From the NCBI GenBank assembly GCA_013694625.1, contig JACDCD010000124.1, positions 7,539 to 71,538 on the forward strand: DNA of 64,000 nucleotides, in the 5' to 3' direction. A model generated the notes under the pieces. The model was not told where the DNA came from and ran no database searches. It saw only the letters and a program-made list of their open reading frames with translations. This document shows, one piece after another, positions 36,795 to 45,313 of this stretch. The stretch is from Actinomycetota bacterium. Lineage in GTDB: Bacteria > Actinomycetota > CADDZG01 > WHSQ01. A program made the position numbers and the translations under genes. Position 1 is the stretch's first letter. Each line of letters opens with the position of its first letter.

Positions 36795-36881
36795 GGAAGA
36801 CCCGAGAGGCTCAAGGACAACGCTCCTACAACCGGCCCGCCCCGGCTAACGAGCGGCCCCAACCGGTCACTCGGGTCTTCC
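36795..36881 (+). ncRNA. Candidate small structured RNA: 12-bp closing stem around two hairpins with C-rich loops (6C-like?)
   Basis: GGAAGACCCGAG (36795-36806) pairs perfectly with CTCGGGTCTTCC (36870-36881). The inner hairpins are CCGG-CCCGCC-CCGG (36832-36845) and GAGCGG-CCCCAA-CCGGTC (36851-36868). Confidence 0.3.
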
Positions 36882-36996
36882 TGTCTCTCTTCATCCTTGT
36901 TGGGCCCGGGTGACTCTTCCCCTTAACTCTTCCCTTACGTTCGGACGCAACGTAGGCTCGTGCCCACCGACCCCAAAGCGCAGGGAGCATAGCGAC

Positions 36997-37374
36997 GTGT
37001 ACGCCGACGAAGGCATGCAAGAGCAGTTGGACGAGGCCACCGCAGTGTCCGCGGACATTCCGGCGGATGATGACGAAGTCGCAATGGCGGACCCCATACT
37101 GTCCGACGACGAGGAGGAGGACGAGGAGACGAGCCTCGAGGCCGTCGTGGCGCGCCGGGCGGCGTCGTTGGGCGGAGGTGAAGAGATCGAGGACGACCCC
37201 GACGAGCTCATTCACCTGGCACCGCAACGCGCGCTTCGCTCCGCCGATCCGCTGCCCACCAAGGTGGACCCGATCAGGGCGCGCCGTGAGTTCGTCTGCA
37301 AGCGCTGCCACCTGGTGAAGGCAAGAAGCCAGCTCGCCGACGACGAACGCGGGTTGTGCAGGGACTGCGTCTGA
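36997..37374 (+). CDS. DUF4193-family protein (acidic N-half, C-terminal CxxC...CxxC)
   Basis: GTG 36997 is preceded by AGGGAG. Contains SDDEEEDEE... and ends FVCKRCHLVKARSQLADDERGLCRDCV. Confidence 0.7.
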   Translation: MYADEGMQEQLDEATAVSADIPADDDEVAMADPILSDDEEEDEETSLEAVVARRAASLGGGEEIEDDPDELIHLAPQRALRSADPLPTKVDPIRARREFVCKRCHLVKARSQLADDERGLCRDCV

Positions 37375-37375
37375 G

Positions 37376-38161
37376 GTGAGTGACGTCCCGGACCCTGTGT
37401 CTGGGGAGGGACGGGTGCTCGTGATAGTGCCCACGTTCAATGAGCGGGCCAGCATCCAGGAGGTGGCCCGGCTCGTGCTCGCCGCCGGCCCCGCCTTGGA
37501 CCTGCTGGTGGTGGACGACTCCTCTCCCGACCGGACGGCCGAAGCGGTACGAGAATTTGCGTCGTCGACCGGGGGCCGCCGGGTCCATCTGATCGAGCGG
37601 GCCGGCAAGCTGGGCCTCGGGACCGCCTACATTGATGGTTTCCGATGGGCGCTCCGGCGCGGCTTCGGGGCGGTCGTGGAGATGGACGGCGACCTCTCCC
37701 ACGACCCACGGGTCGTGCCCCGTCTGGTCGAGTCCCTGCGCCATGCCGATCTCGTGATCGGCTCCCGCTACGTGTCCGGCGGAGAGGTTCGTAACTGGAG
37801 CCTGCTCCGGCGCACCCTGTCCCTGACGGGGAATCTCTATGCACGGATTGCGCTCGGATTCGAGGTCCGAGACTCGACGAGCGGCTTTCGGGCCTATCGA
37901 TCCGCCTGGCTCGACGCCGACTTTCCGGAGTCGACGTCGGAGGGATATGCGTTTCAGATAGAGATGACCCGCCGGATCCATCGTTCGGGAGGCCGCATTC
38001 TGGAAATTCCCATAGTGTTCACCGAACGGAGCACCGGCCGCTCAAAGATGTCGCGCCGGATTGTGGTCGAGGCGACCTGGTCGGTTGCCTGGTGGGCGCT
38101 CCGGGACCGGTTCGACGGGCGCAGCCCGAACGAGGCCGCACCCCCCTTCAGTCGCCCATAA
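37376..38161 (+). CDS. ppm1: Polyprenol-phosphate mannosyltransferase (Ppm1/DPM1-like GT2)
   Basis: VLVIVPTFNE, VVDDSSPD, GLGTAYIDGF and EMDGDLSHDP. Confidence 0.85.
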   Translation: MSDVPDPVSGEGRVLVIVPTFNERASIQEVARLVLAAGPALDLLVVDDSSPDRTAEAVREFASSTGGRRVHLIERAGKLGLGTAYIDGFRWALRRGFGAVVEMDGDLSHDPRVVPRLVESLRHADLVIGSRYVSGGEVRNWSLLRRTLSLTGNLYARIALGFEVRDSTSGFRAYRSAWLDADFPESTSEGYAFQIEMTRRIHRSGGRILEIPIVFTERSTGRSKMSRRIVVEATWSVAWWALRDRFDGRSPNEAAPPFSRP

Positions 38162-38191
38162 TGTTGATTATGTAAACCTGACTCAAACCCT

Positions 38192-39076
38192 GTGGAGAAA
38201 GGTCTCCCCTTCGACGACACTGAGACCGTGACTGCCGGAGCGATGGTGCGCGACCTTGCCGTGCGCGTGGGGGCGCGTCTCGGCCGCTGCCCCGAGGTCA
38301 GGGCCGTCACACTCGGTGGATCGTGGGCCTCGGGCACGGCGGGAGCAGGCTCTGATATCGACCTCGGGCTGTACCTCGATCACCGGAGCCCTCTGGATGT
38401 CGCCTGGCTGCAGGGGCTGGCGGCGGAGATCGACGACCGGGGTGCCGGGGCCGTCGTGGGCCGGCCGGGCGAGTGGGGCCCGTGGGTGAACGGCGGAGCG
38501 TGGTTGAGGATCGAGGGCCGGCGGGTGGACTGGATCTACCGGGACCTGCAACTGGTAACCCAGACGATCGAGGACCTCTGTGCCGGACACCCGGCCACCC
38601 ACTTTCAGGTCGGTCACCCCGCCGGCTTCTCGACCGAGATATACGCGGCCGAGGTTCATCTTGCGGAGATCCTCTTCGACGCGGACGGTGTTATAGCGAA
38701 GCTCAAGAGCCGGTTGGTCCCCTATCCTCCTCGCCTTCAACGGGCGCTCTTCGCCGGCCTCTGGGAGGCGCGCTTCCTCGTTGAAGGCGCCGCACGGGCG
38801 GCACAGCGCGGCGACACGCACTTTGTCGCAGGCTCCGCCTTTCGATCGGTCGTCTGCATGGTGCAGGCGCTGTTTGCGTTGAACGAGCGCTACTGGCTGC
38901 ACGAGAAGGGCTCGATCGCGTCCATCGATGTGCTCGACACCAAGCCGGAGCGCTTCGGGGACAGAGTCCGAACCATGCTGGGCGGCCTCGGGAATGAACC
39001 ATCCGAGCTGACGGCCTCCCTCGATCGGGTGGCGGACATTCTCGCCGAAGTAGAGGTCCTTTGTGGCGTCCGGTAA
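38192..39076 (+). CDS. Nucleotidyltransferase-domain protein (Pol-beta-fold, DUF4037-like)
   Basis: GS-x9-11-DxD signature as LGGSWASGTAGAGSDIDLGLYL, with a helical C-terminal half. Confidence 0.6.
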   Translation: MEKGLPFDDTETVTAGAMVRDLAVRVGARLGRCPEVRAVTLGGSWASGTAGAGSDIDLGLYLDHRSPLDVAWLQGLAAEIDDRGAGAVVGRPGEWGPWVNGGAWLRIEGRRVDWIYRDLQLVTQTIEDLCAGHPATHFQVGHPAGFSTEIYAAEVHLAEILFDADGVIAKLKSRLVPYPPRLQRALFAGLWEARFLVEGAARAAQRGDTHFVAGSAFRSVVCMVQALFALNERYWLHEKGSIASIDVLDTKPERFGDRVRTMLGGLGNEPSELTASLDRVADILAEVEVLCGVR

Positions 39077-39116
39077 GTTGCAGCGGCCACAAAGAGCGGC
39101 CCCTTCGTAACGCCGG

Positions 39117-40577
39117 CTATCCGGGCGTCCACCGCACTTTCAGGTGGCGCGCCGCCTGGGCTTCGTCGGGACGACGCACCGGTGTCGACGTCGGGGCGCC
39201 GTGCAGGAGGTTCGCGTCACTGACTGCTTCGGCGGCGATCTGCACCAACGCTCCTCCGAGTGCATCCAGCGTCTCTTTTGACTCGGTTTCGGTGGGTTCG
39301 ACCATCAACGCCTCTTCGACCACGAGCGGGAAGTAGATCGTCGGAGGATGGAAACCGAAATCAATGAGGCGTTTGGCGACGTCGAGCGCACGCACGCCGT
39401 GCTTCTTCAATCCCTTGGCAGTCGCTACGAACTCGTGCATGCACGTGCCGGGATAAGGAGTCGGAAACGCTTCGGCAATCAGCGTCTTGAGATAGTTGGC
39501 GTTCAACACCGCGCGCTCCGCCACTCGTGCAAGCCCTTCGGGCCCCAGAGAGCGCAAATAGGCGTAGGCCCGCACATCGATCCCGAAGTTGCCGTAGAAG
39601 GAATGGATGCGGCCGATCGAGTCGGGGCGATCCACCTCCCAATGCCACCTGTTCGAATCTTCGCCCCACTCGAGCACCGGAACCGGAAGAAACGGAGCCA
39701 GCTCCTCGGTCACCGCAAGCGGGCCGGAACCCGGTCCTCCCCCACCATGTGGCGTTGCAAAGGTCTTGTGCAGATTCAGGTGGACGACATCGAAGCCCAT
39801 GTCGCCGGGCCTGACCTTGCCCACGATCGAGTTGAAGTTCGCACCGTCGTAGTAGAGGAGGCCGCCCACTTCGTGCACGGCCTGAGCGATCTTTTCGATG
39901 TCGCGCTCGAACAGACCCAGCGTGTTCGGATTTGTCAGCATCAAGCCTGCGACGTCGTCGTCGAGCACCTCCTGCAGGGCTTCGAAATCGACCAGGCCTC
40001 TGGCGTCCGACCGGACCTCTTGCGCCTGCCATCCGGCGAGCGTGACGCTTGCGGGATTGGTCCCATGCGCCGAGTCGGGCACGATGACCCGCTTCCGGAC
40101 ATCACCCTTCCTCGCGTGCCACGCACGCATGATCAGCAGGCCGGTCAGCTCCCCCTGTGCCCCCGCCGCCGGTTGAAAGGTGAGATGGGCCATGCCGGTC
40201 GCGGCGCAAAGCGCGCGCTCGAGCTCGCCGAGCAGCTGCATGGCGCCCTGCACGAGCTCCTCATCGGCGAGCGGATGCAGTCCCTGCCATCCGGGGAGCC
40301 TGGCGACCTCCTCAGCCACCTTTGGGTTGTATTTCATCGAGCACGATCCAAGTGGATAGGCGCCCGTGTCGATGGACCAGTTCCGGTGCGACAGACGGGT
40401 GTAGTGGCGGACAAGATCGAGCTCGCTCACCTCGGGGAGCCCGGGAGGCTCCGCGCGCCGGTGCTCGTCCGGGATCGATGTGGCCGGGGCGTCGGGCCCC
40501 GCCTCCGGGAGCGACCATGCCCTCCGCCCGGGCTTCGAGAGCTCGAAGATCGTGGGGAAGTCGCCGGATCCGCTCAC
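39117..40577 (-). CDS. gcvPB: Glycine dehydrogenase (decarboxylating) subunit 2
   Basis: GTG 40577 overlaps the gcvPA stop (GTGA). PLP-Lys region HLNLHKTFATPHGGGGPG. The track ORF extends spuriously to 40946. Confidence 0.9.
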   Translation of the reverse strand: MSGSGDFPTIFELSKPGRRAWSLPEAGPDAPATSIPDEHRRAEPPGLPEVSELDLVRHYTRLSHRNWSIDTGAYPLGSCSMKYNPKVAEEVARLPGWQGLHPLADEELVQGAMQLLGELERALCAATGMAHLTFQPAAGAQGELTGLLIMRAWHARKGDVRKRVIVPDSAHGTNPASVTLAGWQAQEVRSDARGLVDFEALQEVLDDDVAGLMLTNPNTLGLFERDIEKIAQAVHEVGGLLYYDGANFNSIVGKVRPGDMGFDVVHLNLHKTFATPHGGGGPGSGPLAVTEELAPFLPVPVLEWGEDSNRWHWEVDRPDSIGRIHSFYGNFGIDVRAYAYLRSLGPEGLARVAERAVLNANYLKTLIAEAFPTPYPGTCMHEFVATAKGLKKHGVRALDVAKRLIDFGFHPPTIYFPLVVEEALMVEPTETESKETLDALGGALVQIAAEAVSDANLLHGAPTSTPVRRPDEAQAARHLKVRWTPG

Positions 40578-41914
40578 GGCTCGGTGAGCTCCTTCTCGAC
40601 CGCCTCGGCGAACGCAACGATGGCGTCTTCGGTGCGGCGTTCGGTGGCCGCCACGAGCAGGCAGCGATCCAGCTCCGGATACCAGCCGCCGAGGCCGGGG
40701 CCGGCGAGCCAGCCTCGCCGCGCCAACCGCCGGGCCAGCTCCCGGCCGTCGACCGGTGTCTCGAGGACGAACTCCTTGAAGTGGGGACCGGGGAACTTCA
40801 GGCTGCAACCGGGTATGGCTGCGAGCCTGGCGGCGGCGAAGGCGGTCCTCGAGGCGCACGTCTCCCCCAGCGTGGCCAGACCGACCGGCCCCAACCATGC
40901 CAGATGCACACCGGCGGCAACCGCAAGCAGGGTCTGGTTGGTGCACACGTTGGACGTCGCCTTGGCCCGCCGTATGTGCTGCTCGCGGGCCTGGAGCGTC
41001 AGAACGTAGGCTCTCCGGCCGTCCGCGTCGAGCGTCTCGCCGGAGATCCTGCCCGGAACCTGACGTACCAACCGTTGCTTGGTGGCGAACAAGCCGACGT
41101 AGGGACCGCCGTAGAACATCGCGTTTCCCAGCGCCTGACCCTCCCCCACGGCGATATCGGCCCCCAGCTCCCCCGGGGACTTGAGTATCCCCATAGAAGT
41201 CGGGTCCGCGGCGACAACGGCCAGGGCGTCATGGGCATGGGCCGCGTCGCAGGCGGCGCGCGCATCTTCGAGGCGGCCGAACACGTTGGGATGGGCAACC
41301 ACGACCGCTGCCGCTCCAGTTGCGTCCACTCCCGGCCAGTGGACGGTTCCGTCCTCGGTAGTGGGGGTCACTGCGATGTCTAACCCTAAGCCGGTGGTAT
41401 AGGTACGCAGCACATCGGTGTAGTGCGGATGCAGGGTCGAAGCAACGAGGACGCGTTCCTTCCCGGTCGCCCTTACGGCGAGATTCACCGCTTCGACCAC
41501 GCTGTTCGCTCCGTCGTAGAGGGACGCGTTGGCGACATCCATTCCGTAGATCTCGCAAACGAGGCTTTGGAACTCGAACAGAGCCTGGAGGATGCCCTGG
41601 GACATCTCCGCCTGATAGGGCGTGTAGGAGGTTGCGAACTCGGCGCGCGCGGCGAGCGACCTGACCGCGGCCGGGATGTAGTGGTCGTAGACACCGCCCC
41701 CTGCGAAGCACACGAGGTCCTGGGCGCGGTTGACCGACGCCAGGGCACTCAACTCGTCCACGAGCTCCGGTTCACTGAGTGCCGGAGGAAGCTCGAGCGG
41801 CGTCTCGAGGCGGACCGACCTCGGTATGGGCTCGAAGAGCGACTCGATCCCGTCGACCCCGATGGTCTCGAGCATCGCACGTTCGTCCTGCTCGGTGTGG
41901 GGAGAGAAGTCCAC
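40574..41914 (-). CDS. gcvPA: Glycine dehydrogenase (decarboxylating) subunit 1
   Basis: 446 aa. SYTPYQAEMSQG motif, in the split P-protein arrangement. Confidence 0.9.
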   Translation of the reverse strand: MDFSPHTEQDERAMLETIGVDGIESLFEPIPRSVRLETPLELPPALSEPELVDELSALASVNRAQDLVCFAGGGVYDHYIPAAVRSLAARAEFATSYTPYQAEMSQGILQALFEFQSLVCEIYGMDVANASLYDGANSVVEAVNLAVRATGKERVLVASTLHPHYTDVLRTYTTGLGLDIAVTPTTEDGTVHWPGVDATGAAAVVVAHPNVFGRLEDARAACDAAHAHDALAVVAADPTSMGILKSPGELGADIAVGEGQALGNAMFYGGPYVGLFATKQRLVRQVPGRISGETLDADGRRAYVLTLQAREQHIRRAKATSNVCTNQTLLAVAAGVHLAWLGPVGLATLGETCASRTAFAAARLAAIPGCSLKFPGPHFKEFVLETPVDGRELARRLARRGWLAGPGLGGWYPELDRCLLVAATERRTEDAIVAFAEAVEKELTEP

Positions 41915-41968
41915 CGCTAGAGGTCCATTTGTAGCGTTGTCGACATGTCCACTCTTGCCCCCGATCCC

Positions 41969-43039
41969 CTATCGCTCTATGAAAGGCGGATTCAGGGTAT
42001 CGCCCTCGAGCCGACGCGACCGAGCTACGACTTCGACGGCGCGCCCCGGGGACGGCACCCGATCCGACGGCGCATAGGCAAGCGCAATCCCGCGCCCCGA
42101 CGTCGGAGAGAAGTTCCCGCTGGTCACCTCGCCGAGGGGCTCTCCGTCGGCCAGGACGGCGTGGCCCTGGCGCGGGACACCTCGCGTTCTGCAGGCGATC
42201 CCAAACAACCGGCGCGCCGGTCCCCGCTCTTTGACGGCAGTCAGCGCCTCCTTGCCCCGGAAGGGGGTGGCCCACGCGAGCGCCCAACCCAAATTGGCTT
42301 CGAGAGGGTTGACGGTGCGCGCCAGCTCGTGCCCGTAGAGCGGGTAACCCATCTCGAGCCTCAGGGTGTCCCTGGCCCCCAATCCCACAGGGGTCGCTCC
42401 GCAATCCATCAGGCACGCCCACGCCCCGCCCGCGGCCTCGGCCGGGGCGTAGAGCTCGAAGCCGCGCTCTCCCGTATACCCGGTCCGGGCGACAAACCCG
42501 GTGTGGCCGTCCACATCCAGGGAGCACCACGAATGCAGCGCGAGGCCGGGGGCTTCACTAGACGGCCAGGAGCGTCTGAAGACGTCGAACGAATCCGGCC
42601 CCTGGATGGCGATGATCGCCCATCTGTCCCACTCGTCCACGACGTCTGCTCCGCACGCCTCGAGGGACTCGGACACGGCGTGGTTATTGGCCGCGTTGGG
42701 AACCACAATCCAGTCGTCGGGCCCCATCCTGTAGCAGAAGAGATCGTCGATGCAGCCCCCGTCGTCATGGAGCGCGAGAGCGTAGGCCGCCCTTCCGGGA
42801 TCGAGGCGCTCGACATCGGTGGTCAGCGTGCGTTGTAACGCGCGTGCGGCTGTGTCGCCGCCCACGCGCAGCTTTCCGAGATGCGAGACGTCGAAGATCC
42901 CCGCCGACGTTCGCACCGCGTTGTGCTCTGCAATCACCCCCGAGTACTGCAGAGGCATCTCCCAGCCTCCGAACTCAGTCAGTTTTGCGCCAAGCTCCCG
43001 ATGCTGCTCCAGGAGTGGCGAACCCCGGCCCGTTGTCAT
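41969..43039 (-). CDS. gcvT: Glycine cleavage system aminomethyltransferase T
   Basis: 356 aa. FGGWEMPLQYSG...FDVSHLGK. Confidence 0.92.
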   Translation of the reverse strand: MTTGRGSPLLEQHRELGAKLTEFGGWEMPLQYSGVIAEHNAVRTSAGIFDVSHLGKLRVGGDTAARALQRTLTTDVERLDPGRAAYALALHDDGGCIDDLFCYRMGPDDWIVVPNAANNHAVSESLEACGADVVDEWDRWAIIAIQGPDSFDVFRRSWPSSEAPGLALHSWCSLDVDGHTGFVARTGYTGERGFELYAPAEAAGGAWACLMDCGATPVGLGARDTLRLEMGYPLYGHELARTVNPLEANLGWALAWATPFRGKEALTAVKERGPARRLFGIACRTRGVPRQGHAVLADGEPLGEVTSGNFSPTSGRGIALAYAPSDRVPSPGRAVEVVARSRRLEGDTLNPPFIER

Positions 43040-43060
43040 GACGACATTGTGACGGGAGTT

Positions 43061-43489
43061 TCAGCCGGCGAACACCGGCTCAGCGGAGGTGGGCCCTCCC
43101 GGCCCCGGCCACCCCGCGGACAGGGGGCCTTGGGACGGCTGTTCCAGCCCGTATTTGAGCAGAAGCTGCAGATAGTCGCGCTGATACAGAACCTTGCACT
43201 TCACGTCTGGATAGAGCGCCATCAAGCGCCGAACCTTCCGGTTCTTCTTGGTGACGAGCTTCTGGTTGAGGGTTGTGATCTCGATGTAGAGATCGAAAGC
43301 GGGGAGGTAGAAGTCCGGAGAAAAACGTTGGGTCGGAAGTCCCTCTCTCCCCCATCGGATATCAAAAGTGGTGGGCTCGTACTCCCAATCGATGAGATAG
43401 AAGTCAAGCAACATCGCAAACTGACGCTCGCTATTGTGGGCGAAGGCAACCCTCTGGTGCGGAGGCAAGCCCGCGGGGGTGGGCCGCAC
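43061..43489 (-). CDS. Hypothetical protein, possible PD-(D/E)XK nuclease fold
   Basis: 142 aa. SPDFYLPAFDLYIEITTLNQK resembles a D...E-x-K nuclease core. Lies 21 nt upstream of gcvT. Confidence 0.45.
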   Translation of the reverse strand: MRPTPAGLPPHQRVAFAHNSERQFAMLLDFYLIDWEYEPTTFDIRWGREGLPTQRFSPDFYLPAFDLYIEITTLNQKLVTKKNRKVRRLMALYPDVKCKVLYQRDYLQLLLKYGLEQPSQGPLSAGWPGPGGPTSAEPVFAG

Positions 43490-43531
43490 GTCGGTGCCCT
43501 CCGCGATGCTAGTGCTCCGATCCTCGAGGCA

Positions 43532-44023
43532 CTAGCCCTCCCCTGCCCGGCTCGGCGTCGCGCCGGAGGTGCCCACCGCGTCGGCTTCAATCGGCAAAGG
43601 GCGCAATTCACGCAGCGTTCCCGCAAGCTGGTCGCGGACCTTGTCCACTGCGACCACCGCCCCGAGGACGCCCTGGCCCGAACGCAACAGGTCGACCACT
43701 TCGGCGTCAGAGGTGCATGCGTAGACGCCGGCCCCGTCGGTCACGATGGTCAACTCGGCCCAATCTCCTTCCAGGTGCTCCCTCACATAGTCGAGGGCCT
43801 GGCGCACCCTCTGCAAGCTGGCTCCTGCATCGGTCAGACCCTTGATCACCTTGAGCTGGAGAAGGTCGTTGAAGGAATAGAGACGCTGGGTTCCGGAGCC
43901 CTTCGCCTCCTGGATAGAAGGTGACACGAGGCTCGTGCGCGTCCAGTAATCGAGCTGCCGGTAGGTGATGCCGACGATCTTGCACGTCTGGGGACCGCGG
44001 TAACCAGATCCGTCCATGTCCAT
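43532..44023 (-). CDS. MerR-family transcriptional regulator (Rv1830-like)
   Basis: CKIVGITYRQLDYWTRTSLVSPS...RLYSFNDLLQLKVI is a MerR HTH. GGAGG RBS. Confidence 0.8.
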   Translation of the reverse strand: MDMDGSGYRGPQTCKIVGITYRQLDYWTRTSLVSPSIQEAKGSGTQRLYSFNDLLQLKVIKGLTDAGASLQRVRQALDYVREHLEGDWAELTIVTDGAGVYACTSDAEVVDLLRSGQGVLGAVVAVDKVRDQLAGTLRELRPLPIEADAVGTSGATPSRAGEG

Positions 44024-44100
44024 TGCCTCCGTTCATCTGGACGGCCGGCCGGCGCCGTCCACTGCCGGGAAGTACACAGGAGTAGTTACGCCCATGCAAG

Positions 44101-44129
44101 AGAGTAGGGCCGGGGCCACGCGCTGTCAA
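44101..44129 (-). promoter_or_regulatory. Sigma-70-type promoter TTGACA-N17-TACTCT upstream of the MerR gene
   Basis: On the - strand the sequence reads TTGACAgcgcgtggccccggcccTACTCT. A 7-bp GC hairpin (44039-44060) follows in the leader. Confidence 0.45.
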
Positions 44130-44187
44130 CGACCCCAACCCAACACGAACGGTCATGCGCCGATAGACGCTTTGGGTGGCAGTACTC

Positions 44188-44667
44188 CTATTGCCCCGGT
44201 TCGAAGTCCTCGGGGCTGACCTGGTCGAGGAACTCCCGGAACTTTTCGACCTCGGTCTCCTCGTCGTCCTTCAGTTCGATGCCGGCTTGCTCCAGCACCT
44301 CTTCGGAGGCGAAGATCGGGGCGTTGATTCGGACCGCGAGAGCTATGGCGTCGCTGGGGCGCGACGAGACCTCGGCGGCGCGTCCGTCCCGATGCATCTC
44401 GATGGTGGCGAAGAACGTGCGGTCCTTGAGCTCGCTCACCAGGATTCGCTCGACCTGAACCTGCGTCTCGGCCAGGATGTCCCGGAGCAGATCGTGGGTC
44501 ATGGGACGCGGCGTCTCGATCCCCTGAAGGGCGAAAGCGATCGCCGTTGCCTCCACCGCCCCTATCCAGATGGGCAGGTAGCGCTCCCCCGTGGTCTCCT
44601 TGAGCAACACGATCGGCTGATTGGAGGGGAGCTCCACCCTCACACCGACAAGCGATAGCTCCACCAT
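44188..44667 (-). CDS. Bifunctional-nuclease-family (DUF151) protein
   Basis: 159 aa. QPIVLLKETTGERYLPIWIGAVEATAIA is the family hallmark. Confidence 0.8.
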   Translation of the reverse strand: MVELSLVGVRVELPSNQPIVLLKETTGERYLPIWIGAVEATAIAFALQGIETPRPMTHDLLRDILAETQVQVERILVSELKDRTFFATIEMHRDGRAAEVSSRPSDAIALAVRINAPIFASEEVLEQAGIELKDDEETEVEKFREFLDQVSPEDFEPGQ

Positions 44668-44676
44668 GCTCGGAGG

Positions 44677-45252
44677 CTAACACCGAACGTTCAGGTTCTG
44701 ATGATCCCGCTGCAGCAGACCTGGATCGTTGATGAGGCGAGCCAGATCATGAACCGCCAGAACGTCGGGGAGATTGCGGTAACGGCCCTGGAAGTCAAGA
44801 CCGTAGCCCACGACGAAGAGGTCGGGCACCTCGAAACCCACATACTCGAGCGTCACAGGGACGATGCGGCGCGCCGACTTGTCCAGCAGGGTCACGACCC
44901 TCAGGGAAGCAGGCCGACGCTGTTCGAGAGCGTTGCGAAGGTAGTTGAGGGTAAGTCCCGTATCGACTATGTCCTCGACCACCACCACGTCACGCCCACT
45001 TACGTCCAGGTCGAGGTCCTTGACGATCCGGACCACTCCCGACTGTCCCTCCGACGCGTCGTAGGCCGAGATCGACATGAAGTCGGTGGCGATATCGATC
45101 GGCGCCGCTCGTATCAGGTCGGCGAGAAAGATGGCGGCGCCCCTCAGAACACCCACGAACACAGGGGGTTCGGGCCGCTTCAGGTAGTCGCTCGTCAATC
45201 GCCCGGCCAACTCCCCGACGCGTTCGGCGATCCGCTCCCGTGACAGGAGCAT
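44677..45252 (-). CDS. hpt: Hypoxanthine-guanine phosphoribosyltransferase
   Basis: PRPP motif VVVVEDIVDTGLT. ATG 45252 is preferred over TTG 45282, which overlaps a TAGATT -10-like hexamer. Confidence 0.88.
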   Translation of the reverse strand: MLLSRERIAERVGELAGRLTSDYLKRPEPPVFVGVLRGAAIFLADLIRAAPIDIATDFMSISAYDASEGQSGVVRIVKDLDLDVSGRDVVVVEDIVDTGLTLNYLRNALEQRRPASLRVVTLLDKSARRIVPVTLEYVGFEVPDLFVVGYGLDFQGRYRNLPDVLAVHDLARLINDPGLLQRDHQNLNVRC

Positions 45253-45278
45253 CTCGGCCGGCCGGGTGCCTGCGGGAC

Positions 45279-45302
45279 GCAATCTACAAAACGACTTGTC
45301 GA
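45279..45302 (-). repeat. 8-bp-phased unit array TCGACAAG-TCGTTTTG-TAGATTGC (read on - strand)
   Basis: Intergenic, between the MerR stop and the hpt start. Member of the recurrent motif family described in the findings. Confidence 0.45.
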
Positions 45303-45313
45303 TAAGCCGACAT

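Noticed and set aside
36700-36850. Possible RNase P RNA (GGGGAGTCCGGGTTCTCC versus GGAAAGTCCGGGCTCC) or a T-box (GTGGTGCAGTACCCGGCG versus GGGTGGTACCGCG) in the proS upstream gap.
   Set aside because: The spacing between candidate conserved blocks (~110 nt) is far too short for RNase P. The T-box-like string has a 4-nt insertion and lies on the strand opposite to proS. The region is kept only as an unspecified structured region.
43040-44187. Glycine riboswitch upstream of the gcvT operon.
   Set aside because: The gaps are only 21 and 42 nt. The 164-nt region upstream of the MerR gene lacks the tandem aptamer cores (GGAGAG...CACCGAAGGGGCAA type).
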